From: Calditrichia bacterium
GTDB lineage: Bacteria > Calditrichota > Calditrichia > RBG-13-44-9 > J075
Direction: 5' to 3'
Assembly (NCBI GenBank): GCA_050633245.1
Contig: JBOEGD010000027.1
Span: 8,339 to 72,338, forward strand
Length of the DNA: 64,000 nt
A model generated the notes under the pieces. It worked only from the letters and a program-made list of their open reading frames with translations, did no database searches and was not told where the DNA came from. Position 1 is the first letter of the stretch; each line of letters begins with the position of its first letter. The translations under genes were made by a program, and so were the position numbers. Shown here one piece after another: positions 55,840-64,000 of this stretch.

Positions 55840-57513
55840 TTACTTCGTAAGAATCATCTGTTTTGTCTGCACGTATGTTCCGGCGGCCAAGCGGTAGAAA
55901 TAAACACCGCCTGCAACAGTAGAGCCACTGTTGTTCTTACCATCCCACTCTACTTCATACTGACCAGCGCTCATCTGCTCGCCAACAAGAGTGCGAATTT
56001 CACGACCGTTCAAATCAAATATTTTCAGCGAAACAGAAGCCTGTTCAGCAGCAACACCAAAGCGAATTGTCGTTGTTGGATTGAACGGATTCGGATAGTT
56101 TTGCTCAAGCTGGAAATTTTCGGGCGCAATGGTGGAAAGCGTGGTATATACCGGGTCGCATATTGTGCTGTTTCCCTGCATGTCAAAGACTTCCAGAACA
56201 ACGGTTGATCCCTTGTTGCCATTAATCTTTTCAGCAATGACTATTATCGGATCAGTTGTTCCCGGGGTAAAAGCCGGAACCATCACATCGGCATTTTTCG
56301 CCTTAAGCACATTTACATGTGAAAGCCCGCTTTCGCTATCCTGTAACATAACGGAAAGCGTTACCGGTGGTCCGGGGACAACGCTGACAATCTCGCAATC
56401 CGGATTATTTTCGTCAGGGATCGGGGGCACAAAATTCTGATTTACATTACAATTTCCTGTCGTATTCAATTGTGGTTCTTCCCACGCGAAGTCTTCATAT
56501 ACCAATCCATCTCCGCCAAGCTGTAGAGAAAAGTCAACCGGAGTGCCGCTGGTTTCTCCAACGCCAATGTCTTCGCTTGTCATGCCATCAGCAGGGCCAT
56601 TCATAGCCATGAATGAACCTTCATAGCTCAGAAATTGAACGACATTTCCAGCATCATCTACAAGAGCAAGTCCGTCTGGTGCACCATTCTGAATACCTGT
56701 AAAGAAGAACTCCCGCGTTCCGATTCCATTACACTGATCTTCGAAAGCACCAAAGCAATCGATTGTGCCATAAGAATTGCCATTCGAACCATTATATAGC
56801 ACAATGCTCCATCCGTCCAGGCTTTCACCAGCCGGACCGGCAATTTCGACAACTTCATTAAGGTCTCCGCTTACATTGTCGTAGTGAAGTTCGTTAACAA
56901 AAATCGGTGTTTCCGTCGGAGTTGGCGGCGGAGGTGGTGGTGGCGGAGTTCCACCATCGAAGGCCTGACCGTTGTTTACAGCATCATATGTAGAGGCAGA
57001 TTCAGTTTGCCAGGTAAATTCTTCGTATGTGCTGCCGGTTCCACCTAATTGAAGGGAGGAACCAACCGGAGTGGAGCTGGATTCAGTAACACCAATGTCT
57101 TCACTGGTTTGGCCGGCAGCAGGACCGGAAGTTGCAACAAAGCTCCCCTCATAACTTAAGAACTGAACAACATTTCCGGCATCATCAACCAGAGCCAGTC
57201 CATCCGGAGCGCCGTTCTGAATCCCGGCTTGGGCAAAGAAAGCAACGCCAAAGCCATCCCCAAGGTCAGATAATGTGCCTGAGAGATCAATCGTGTTATA
57301 CACATTAAGTTGTGTTGAGCTGCCGTTGTAAAGCGCGACGCTCCAACCACTAAGGTCAGTGCCTTCAGGTCCGGCAATTTCGACGCCTTCACCGGCATCG
57401 CCGCTAACATTATCATAATGTATTTCATTTATAAAGACTGACGTCTGGGCAAACACTGCCCCGAGAGAAAAGACTAGTAAAAAAAGTAATACTCTGGTAA
57501 ATACCCCTTGCAT
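55840..57513 (-). CDS. Secreted protein with two lamin-tail-like domains, a poly-Pro linker and a C-terminal sorting domain
   Basis: ATG at 57513 with GGAGG RBS and a signal peptide; duplicated F[IV]NE[IL]HYDN...EIAGP...LYNGS domain; QNYPNPFNP C-terminal domain. Confidence 0.75.
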   Translation of the reverse strand: MQGVFTRVLLFLLVFSLGAVFAQTSVFINEIHYDNVSGDAGEGVEIAGPEGTDLSGWSVALYNGSSTQLNVYNTIDLSGTLSDLGDGFGVAFFAQAGIQNGAPDGLALVDDAGNVVQFLSYEGSFVATSGPAAGQTSEDIGVTESSSTPVGSSLQLGGTGSTYEEFTWQTESASTYDAVNNGQAFDGGTPPPPPPPPTPTETPIFVNELHYDNVSGDLNEVVEIAGPAGESLDGWSIVLYNGSNGNSYGTIDCFGAFEDQCNGIGTREFFFTGIQNGAPDGLALVDDAGNVVQFLSYEGSFMAMNGPADGMTSEDIGVGETSGTPVDFSLQLGGDGLVYEDFAWEEPQLNTTGNCNVNQNFVPPIPDENNPDCEIVSVVPGPPVTLSVMLQDSESGLSHVNVLKAKNADVMVPAFTPGTTDPIIVIAEKINGNKGSTVVLEVFDMQGNSTICDPVYTTLSTIAPENFQLEQNYPNPFNPTTTIRFGVAAEQASVSLKIFDLNGREIRTLVGEQMSAGQYEVEWDGKNNSGSTVAGGVYFYRLAAGTYVQTKQMILTK

Positions 57514-57804
57514 AAATCCTCCATCTGCATTGTGGTGTGATAGTGAAATGCTATGATATGTTGGAAAAGATCGATACGAATAGAACGACTGGGACAACAA
57601 TATGTAAATAAGCGAAGAAAGGAGCTTCGCTAAAATAGGCCACGGGAATTCAGCGATAATAAGCCTGAACTCTGCTCAAATGCAGCAAAAAATGTGGTAA
57701 AAGATCCCAATAAAAAGGCTGGAAAGTTATCCCATAACACTTAAGGATAATACGATGCCACCGGCATTTACCAATGTGCCGAAGGTCACAATCGGGTTTG
57801 TGAA

Positions 57805-60132
57805 TCAGATTTTTTTCAAGACATCCTTAAGCGCATTTACAAGACGGTCAGCATTCCCCCGCGAGAATACCAGAGGTGGCTTTAACTTTATCACATTGTC
57901 GAACGGACCATCCGTGCTGATCAGGATATAGTTTTCGCGCATCTCGTTTTTGACCGCTGCTGCTTCGCTGGTGGCAGGCTCGAGCGTGTTTTTATCCCGA
58001 ACTAGTTCCATTCCGATAAAAAGTCCGCTACCTCGCACATCGCCAATTAACGGATGTTCCAGCTCCAGCAAGCGTTCCTTCAAATAGTTGCCGACTTCAA
58101 ATGCATGCTGTTGTAGTCCTTCTTTTTCAATAATATCCAGAACGGTCATCCCAATCAGACAGGAGACGGGGTTTCCCCCGAAAGTATTGAAATACTCCAT
58201 GCCATTTGCAAATGAATCGGCAATTTCGGGAGTTGTAACCACCGCGGCCAGCGGATGTCCGTTTCCAATCGGCTTTCCGAGCGTAACGACATCCGGCTGA
58301 GCAGACTGCATATCAAATCCCCAAAAATGGCTGCCTACTCTGCCAAATCCCACCTGAACCTCATCAGCGACACCAACACCACCATTCTTTCTAAGCAATT
58401 CGAAAGCGCCCTTTAAATACCCTTCCGGCAGCACAACCTGCCCTCCACAACCTAGCAGTGATTCTGCAAACAGCGCAGCTGGAGCTTGATCTGCGGCAGT
58501 CATGTTCTTGATAACGGCATCCGCATCGGCAAGATAAGCCGCAGTTGGATCTGAGTGTGATGCCCGATATTTGCCTCGATACGTATCCGGCATATCCAGC
58601 TGATGCGTGGTTGGCACTTTCCCCGCACCTCCCCTGCCCTCGTATTTGTAAGGACTCAGCTCAAGAATGGAATTCGTATGTCCATGATACGCGCCATCAA
58701 GCACCAGCACATCTTTTCTGCCGGTATGAATTCGCGCCATACGCAATGCCAAATCGTTGGCTTCGCTGCCACTGTTAACAAAAAAGCAAACGGACAGCTT
58801 GTCGGGCATAGTCGCGGTCAGGCGGTCGGCATAGGTCAGGATATGCTCGTGCAGATAACGAGTATTAGTGTTAAGCGTCGCCATTTGCTTTTGCACCTGT
58901 CTTACAATTTGCGGGTGAGCATGTCCGACATGGCATACGTTGTTGACGCAATCCAGATAAGTGTCCCCGACATCATCCAGTAAGTATTGCATGGCCCCAC
59001 GCACTATAGTCAAGGGCCTGGAATAGGCGACACTGAGATTTCGTCCAATCTTCTTTTTACGCTTTTTTAGCAACTCTTCTTGTGGCGTCGACAGTGGAGC
59101 ACTCATTCCACAAGCTGCTCGTAACCGGCGCTTCGCGGCTAGCGGGTTCATTTCAAGCAGCTGCATCAACAGTACTCTCGCATTATCGAAGGACGTGGCA
59201 ACATAATCAGAGGTATTGCCTTCACCCTGTTTTTTTAGACACATCAATAGCGAAACGCAAAGCCGGGCAGCAACCAGATAGTACAGCGCATCGACTTCCC
59301 TTTCACTAAGTGGTCGCTCCTTGTGATATCCTCGCACCATGTCTTCTGCAACCAAAAGCGGGTCCTGCTGACGAAAAACACTATAGGTCAACGAAATTGC
59401 CAGATTGCAAACTGTAGCAGTATAAACCGTATCACCATAATCGATTAGTCCGACTAACCCAAGCGGTTCACCCTGCGCGGTTATCAGAATATTATCCGCA
59501 TGTGCATCGTTGTGAACCACGCTTTTGGGCATTTTATCCAATTCGGGTAGAACGTTCACCTCAAACTGAAGCAGAAAATGATCTATTGTGCGTCTCAGTT
59601 CAGTATCCTGAACGTAGCTCAACAAATGACGGTGTTTATGACAATGTATAATATCCCAATCCAGCGTACGATTTAAGCCGGGATGGTAAAAGTCGAGCAA
59701 TTCTCTATCGAGTATGCCGAGAGCCGAGCCGATGTCACCAGCAAGTGGGGAAAGATCGTCGAGGTCAGACAGAAAGCGACCTTGTAAAAAGGTAAGCAGC
59801 CGAAGATAGACTAATTGCCCATCAGAAAGTTTGAGGTGGACAATCTGTTCACCATCGAGGGAAAAAAGCACTTCAGGATAAGTGAACGGGTGTTTCGCTT
59901 TAGCAAGCCTTAGCAGAAGCGTATTTTGCCCCCGAATTTCCCAAAGAGGGGTATCAGGATTGGATATCTTTAATATAGCAGGAGCGCGATTTTCAGAGCG
60001 AATGCAAAAGGTTCGGTCATCATAACTGTCCAGAGGCTGAATTTTTCCGGAAATTCCGAAAACCTCTTCAGCCAGCTGTTTCGCGTGTTCATCGGTAATC
60101 GCTTCGAATGATTCGGCCGCGATTTGGATCAT
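57805..60132 (-). CDS. Fusion of an APH-type phosphotransferase and a class-III aminotransferase (hydroxylysine kinase / phospho-lyase-like)
   Basis: Kinase motifs [10 protein letters not shown] and IDYGD; class-III motifs [20 protein letters not shown] and GKPIGNG. Confidence 0.85.
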   Translation of the reverse strand: MIQIAAESFEAITDEHAKQLAEEVFGISGKIQPLDSYDDRTFCIRSENRAPAILKISNPDTPLWEIRGQNTLLLRLAKAKHPFTYPEVLFSLDGEQIVHLKLSDGQLVYLRLLTFLQGRFLSDLDDLSPLAGDIGSALGILDRELLDFYHPGLNRTLDWDIIHCHKHRHLLSYVQDTELRRTIDHFLLQFEVNVLPELDKMPKSVVHNDAHADNILITAQGEPLGLVGLIDYGDTVYTATVCNLAISLTYSVFRQQDPLLVAEDMVRGYHKERPLSEREVDALYYLVAARLCVSLLMCLKKQGEGNTSDYVATSFDNARVLLMQLLEMNPLAAKRRLRAACGMSAPLSTPQEELLKKRKKKIGRNLSVAYSRPLTIVRGAMQYLLDDVGDTYLDCVNNVCHVGHAHPQIVRQVQKQMATLNTNTRYLHEHILTYADRLTATMPDKLSVCFFVNSGSEANDLALRMARIHTGRKDVLVLDGAYHGHTNSILELSPYKYEGRGGAGKVPTTHQLDMPDTYRGKYRASHSDPTAAYLADADAVIKNMTAADQAPAALFAESLLGCGGQVVLPEGYLKGAFELLRKNGGVGVADEVQVGFGRVGSHFWGFDMQSAQPDVVTLGKPIGNGHPLAAVVTTPEIADSFANGMEYFNTFGGNPVSCLIGMTVLDIIEKEGLQQHAFEVGNYLKERLLELEHPLIGDVRGSGLFIGMELVRDKNTLEPATSEAAAVKNEMRENYILISTDGPFDNVIKLKPPLVFSRGNADRLVNALKDVLKKI

Positions 60133-60201
60133 GTGCTGCTCCTGTGGTTAGCATTCGCAGGAATATAAGCACACCAGGCAAAAAATGTGATCAATAATAT
60201 G

Positions 60202-63200
60202 CTATTTTTCGAGCGGCTCGAATACAGCTTCCTTCTTTACCTCGCGCTTGATTTGACGATCCAGAGCTGCAAGAAGTTCTTTCTTGCGAATCGGTTTAGT
60301 TACGTAGTCATTCATTCCTGCCTGCAAACATTTATCACGGTCTCCCTTCATTGCATTTGCGGTAAGAGCAATAATTGGAATATCCGGATGGCTATTTTCC
60401 TCAGAAGCCAGCTTACGAATCTTTCTCGTCGCCGAAAGGCCATCAAGAACTGGCATCTGAACATCCATCAAGATGGCATCAAATCGCGTTTTCTTTAGCT
60501 CATCAATGGCCTGCTGGCCATCACCTACACACGTAACCTTATACCCCATTCTGTCGAGCATCTTGGAGGCAACTTTCTGATTCACCTTATTATCTTCGGC
60601 GAGCAAAAGATGCGCACTGGAACGACGATTTTCTTCCAACGAATAGCGAGTTAGAATTGGCTGACTTGCCTGTTCTTCCGCCTTCATCCCCAAAACGATG
60701 GCCAGACTATCGTAAAGTTGGCGATGTTTCAAAGGCTTGGTAAGATAGGCAGCAAACCCTATTTTGTGCATTCGTGCTGCATCTCCGCGCTGCCCAACAG
60801 AGGTAAACATAATCAGTCGAAGATCGCTCAGCGCTGCTTCAGACTTGATAATCTTTCCGAGTTCCTCGCCATCAAGAACAGGCATCTGCATGTCAACAAT
60901 TGCCACATCGAAGGGATTGCCCCCTGCTGCTGCGCTGCGAATTTTTTTGAGGGCTTCACCACCATCAATGGCTTCCTCCCAGGAACAGTCCCAGTATTTC
61001 AGCTGCTCGCCAACCACAAAACGATTGGTCGGATTATCGTCAATTAGAAGAATACGCTTTTCACGTATCGAGGGAAGATGTTTAAATCGTGGCAGAGAAC
61101 TCGGCTTTGAAAGAGTATGTCTTGTTGTAAACCAAAAAGTAGCGCCTTGTCCTACTTCACTTTCAACACCTATTTCACCACCCATCATTTCCACAAGCTG
61201 TCGCGAGATTGTTAAGCCCAAACCGGTGCCGCCAAACTTGCGTGTCGTGGAAGAATCAACTTGTGTAAACGATTCAAAGATTTTATCAAGTCGCTCGGCA
61301 GGTATTCCAATTCCGGTATCCCGAACCTCGAATTTCAGGGTGATGCTTTCAGCATCGCTATCAACAACGGAGGAAGAAATTGCCACCTCTCCTGCCCTCG
61401 TAAACTTGACAGCATTATTGGCCAAATTGATTAAAACCTGCTTCAGACGCCCCGGATCTCCTTGAATAGCCGAGGGAACTTCGCTATATACAATACTTGA
61501 AAATCCGATATCCTTCTCATCTGCTTTTATAGAGAGCAAGGCCGCAACATCTTCCATGGCAACGCGAAGGTCGAAGTCAATTATTTCAAGATCCAACTTG
61601 CCCGCTTCGATTTTTGAAAAGTCAAGAATATCATTTATTACCGTTAGCAGGTTGTTACCGCTGGACCGGATCGTCTCACTAAACTCTCGTTGTTCCGCTG
61701 TTAAATTCGTCTCGAGCAGTAAGCTTGTCATGCCGATAACGCCGTTCATCGGCGTGCGTAATTCATGACTCATATTTGCCAGAAAATCACCCTTGGCACG
61801 AGTAGCCTGTTCTGCAACCTCTTTTGCCACCTTCAACTCGAAATTGGCATCTGTTAATTCGGCTGTTCTAATTCTAACATGTTCTTCAAGCTTATAATAA
61901 AGGTTCCGCATACGTCTGGTTCGATATTTATATAGCTTAAACATCAGAAAGACTAAAATAGCCGAGGTGGTCATAATAAACCACACCGACTGCCAGAAAG
62001 GTGCCGCGATAATAATATGAAGCTGCTTTTCACTCTCTGCCCATACACCGTCTGCGTTCGCACCCCGCAGCCGAAAGACATATGTTCCCGGAGATAGATT
62101 CGTGTAGGACACGCTACGAACGTTATCTCGAGCCGTTCGCCAGTGTTTATCAAGTCCTTCTAATTTGTAGCCTGCTGTGTTTAGGGTCGGTTTCGAAAAA
62201 TGTAGAACAGCAAACTCTATTTCAAGCGCGAGTTTGGAACCGGATAAGTTCAGCGTATCGCTATTGGAAAGTGAGCTGTTTCTAAAATGATGCACAACTG
62301 CCCCATCTGCTGCAACAGACTGATCATCGAGTTTAACTCTGCCGATAGCCAGCTCCGGAGCAATTGGATTTGCTTGAATTTCCGCCGGGTCAAAATAATT
62401 CAAACCATCAATGCCGCCAAAAAGCATTGTTCCATCGGGTAATTTATGGTGTGCAAGATTAAACTCATTGCTTTGCAATCCATCGAGCAGTGTATAGTTG
62501 TCAATTATTCCTGAAGTAGGATTGTAGCGACACAAGCCATGGTTTGTGCTAACCCAGATATTTCCCTGCGCATCTTCTTCTATCCCATAAATCCAGTTAT
62601 TGCCAAGCCCCTGATTGGAATCTATGTAGCGAATATGACCTTTTTGTCGATCGATCAAATTAATTCCGCCGGTTTCCGTGCCTACCCAAATATTTCCATC
62701 TGCGCTTTGATGCGTAGACCAGATGCTCCGGTCATTGAGCTTTCGGCTTCCGGAAAGTGTGCGATTGTATTCTTCAAAGATTTGTTCATCAGGTTCCATT
62801 ACAAAGAGACCATTAGGAGTGCCTATCCAAATATTTTGAGCATTGTCCTCAGCAATACTAACAATGCTCTCACCCGGCACAGGTTCATTTCCTAAAGACG
62901 TGAAAGTTTTAAATTCCGTTCCACCACGCTCTAGGAGATTGAGCCCGCCACCATCAGTGCCAACCCATAAATTTCCGCGGGAATCTTTAAGTAGCGAAAA
63001 AATCCGATCGTTTCGCAAAGTCCCTTTTTTGTTTTCGTCGTAACGAAAACGAGTCGACTTCCCACTGCGCAAATTCAGATAGTTAAGTCCGGAGTTAGTA
63101 CCGACCCAAATAAAATCTTCTTTATCGGACTCGACAGCCAAAGCCCAGATCCGACTGCTGGTAAGGCTTTCAACATTTTCCTCCTGATGACGAAATACTC

Positions 63201-63999
63201 GTTCACGCCGATAATCCTTATTCAACAAATTCAATCCATCCGCAGTACCGACATAAACACGACCCTTCTTATCACTGGTAACGCTGTAAACACAGCTATT
63301 ACTGAGCGATGAGTCATCGAAAGGATCATGACGCAAAACCCGGAAGTTTTTGCCGCTTAAATCGACTCTGTCAAGTCCACCAATCCAGGTTCCAACCCAG
63401 AGTACATTAGAGCGATCGATATAGAGTGAACGAATGCGGTTATCGCTTATACTTTCAGGCCTGAGTGGATCGCTCTTAAATTGATCGACCTTACCGCGCT
63501 TGCAGTCTACTCTGAACACCCCATCGCCATCACTGCCGACATAGAGTTGTCCATTTGGAGCCTGCAATATAGAAAGCACCCCAATATGCCGAACAAGTTC
63601 ATCCGGATAAGCATTAGCGCTTTTATCAGAACCTGTATGAAGCAGATACAGCCCCACCGAGGTGCCGATCCACAGCGTATCGTTTAGTGCAGAAAAAAGT
63701 GTTTGAATATGAGCTGCATTTTCAATCCCTGAAATCGTTTCTATCTCTGACTGAACTGGTTCACCATTGTTATCGCGTTGTAACGAAAGAACATATAAGC
63801 CAGCTCCGCTGGAAACCCACAGTTTACCATAGTTGTCTTCAACCACAGAATTAACAGCCCAATCACTCTCTTTAGAAAATACCCCCTCTGGTTGAAACCC
63901 GCGAAATGAATCGCGTGCTTCATTCGAAACATACAGCCCGCCCTCGGTGGCGAGCCAAATTCGGCAATGTTTATCTTCCACTATTGCTTTAATAGAGCT
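60202..63999 (-). CDS. Hybrid sensor histidine kinase (beta-propeller Reg_prop, Y_Y_Y, HisKA, HATPase, two REC domains); 5' end outside the window
   Basis: Repeated D..GNLWVGT..GL; YTNLSPGTY; MSHELRTPM; GGTGLGL; two receivers (DMQMP, DVQMP). The frame is open to the window edge. Confidence 0.92.
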   Translation of the reverse strand, partial: SSIKAIVEDKHCRIWLATEGGLYVSNEARDSFRGFQPEGVFSKESDWAVNSVVEDNYGKLWVSSGAGLYVLSLQRDNNGEPVQSEIETISGIENAAHIQTLFSALNDTLWIGTSVGLYLLHTGSDKSANAYPDELVRHIGVLSILQAPNGQLYVGSDGDGVFRVDCKRGKVDQFKSDPLRPESISDNRIRSLYIDRSNVLWVGTWIGGLDRVDLSGKNFRVLRHDPFDDSSLSNSCVYSVTSDKKGRVYVGTADGLNLLNKDYRRERVFRHQEENVESLTSSRIWALAVESDKEDFIWVGTNSGLNYLNLRSGKSTRFRYDENKKGTLRNDRIFSLLKDSRGNLWVGTDGGGLNLLERGGTEFKTFTSLGNEPVPGESIVSIAEDNAQNIWIGTPNGLFVMEPDEQIFEEYNRTLSGSRKLNDRSIWSTHQSADGNIWVGTETGGINLIDRQKGHIRYIDSNQGLGNNWIYGIEEDAQGNIWVSTNHGLCRYNPTSGIIDNYTLLDGLQSNEFNLAHHKLPDGTMLFGGIDGLNYFDPAEIQANPIAPELAIGRVKLDDQSVAADGAVVHHFRNSSLSNSDTLNLSGSKLALEIEFAVLHFSKPTLNTAGYKLEGLDKHWRTARDNVRSVSYTNLSPGTYVFRLRGANADGVWAESEKQLHIIIAAPFWQSVWFIMTTSAILVFLMFKLYKYRTRRMRNLYYKLEEHVRIRTAELTDANFELKVAKEVAEQATRAKGDFLANMSHELRTPMNGVIGMTSLLLETNLTAEQREFSETIRSSGNNLLTVINDILDFSKIEAGKLDLEIIDFDLRVAMEDVAALLSIKADEKDIGFSSIVYSEVPSAIQGDPGRLKQVLINLANNAVKFTRAGEVAISSSVVDSDAESITLKFEVRDTGIGIPAERLDKIFESFTQVDSSTTRKFGGTGLGLTISRQLVEMMGGEIGVESEVGQGATFWFTTRHTLSKPSSLPRFKHLPSIREKRILLIDDNPTNRFVVGEQLKYWDCSWEEAIDGGEALKKIRSAAAGGNPFDVAIVDMQMPVLDGEELGKIIKSEAALSDLRLIMFTSVGQRGDAARMHKIGFAAYLTKPLKHRQLYDSLAIVLGMKAEEQASQPILTRYSLEENRRSSAHLLLAEDNKVNQKVASKMLDRMGYKVTCVGDGQQAIDELKKTRFDAILMDVQMPVLDGLSATRKIRKLASEENSHPDIPIIALTANAMKGDRDKCLQAGMNDYVTKPIRKKELLAALDRQIKREVKKEAVFEPLEK

Positions 64000-64000
64000 A

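Noticed and set aside
57514-57804. Possible riboswitch upstream of the secreted duplicated-domain gene
   Set aside because: Only a short stem (AGCGAAG/CTTCGCT) is present, with no recognisable aptamer consensus; an Rfam scan would be needed.
60764-61465. 233-aa plus-strand ORF and the many similar short antisense ORFs in the window
   Set aside because: They are shadows of well-supported genes on the opposite strand and have no recognisable motifs.

Overview
Bacterial chromosomal window with nearly all genes on the minus strand. An FCB-group organism such as Calditrichota is likely; this is inferred from the QNYPNPFNP-type C-terminal sorting domains, the PorV-like gene and the GWxTD protein. 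I found no rRNA, tRNA, CRISPR array or intact mobile element. (1) 0.5-24.8 kb: an alpha-glucan (starch/maltodextrin) utilisation locus with no recognisable SusD. It encodes a PPIase, a TonB-dependent receptor, a 1212-aa acidic-repeat protein, a PorV-like barrel, a secreted putative starch-binding protein, a MalEFG-type ABC transporter, a TrmB regulator, three GH13-family genes (one degenerate), an SGNH-TPR protein and DUF3108, plus a candidate TrmB operator. (2) 25-27.3 kb: a degenerate DnaA paralog behind an 824-bp intergenic region carrying parS-like and CRP-like sites. (3) 27-43 kb: housekeeping, envelope and signalling genes (GWxTD, rimO, ftsY, UbiA, RidA, Sua5/YciO, truncated MurF-like, divergent MqnA, sensor kinase, Crp, SPOR, lapB/lapA). 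(4) 43-53 kb: an Rrf2-led suf operon with IscR-like boxes, followed by a bacilliredoxin, a desaturase and a Rieske ferredoxin. (5) 53-64 kb: a second SGNH-TPR gene, EamA, a secreted duplicated-domain protein, a kinase-aminotransferase fusion and a truncated hybrid histidine kinase. All calls come from reading motifs by eye; no searches were run.
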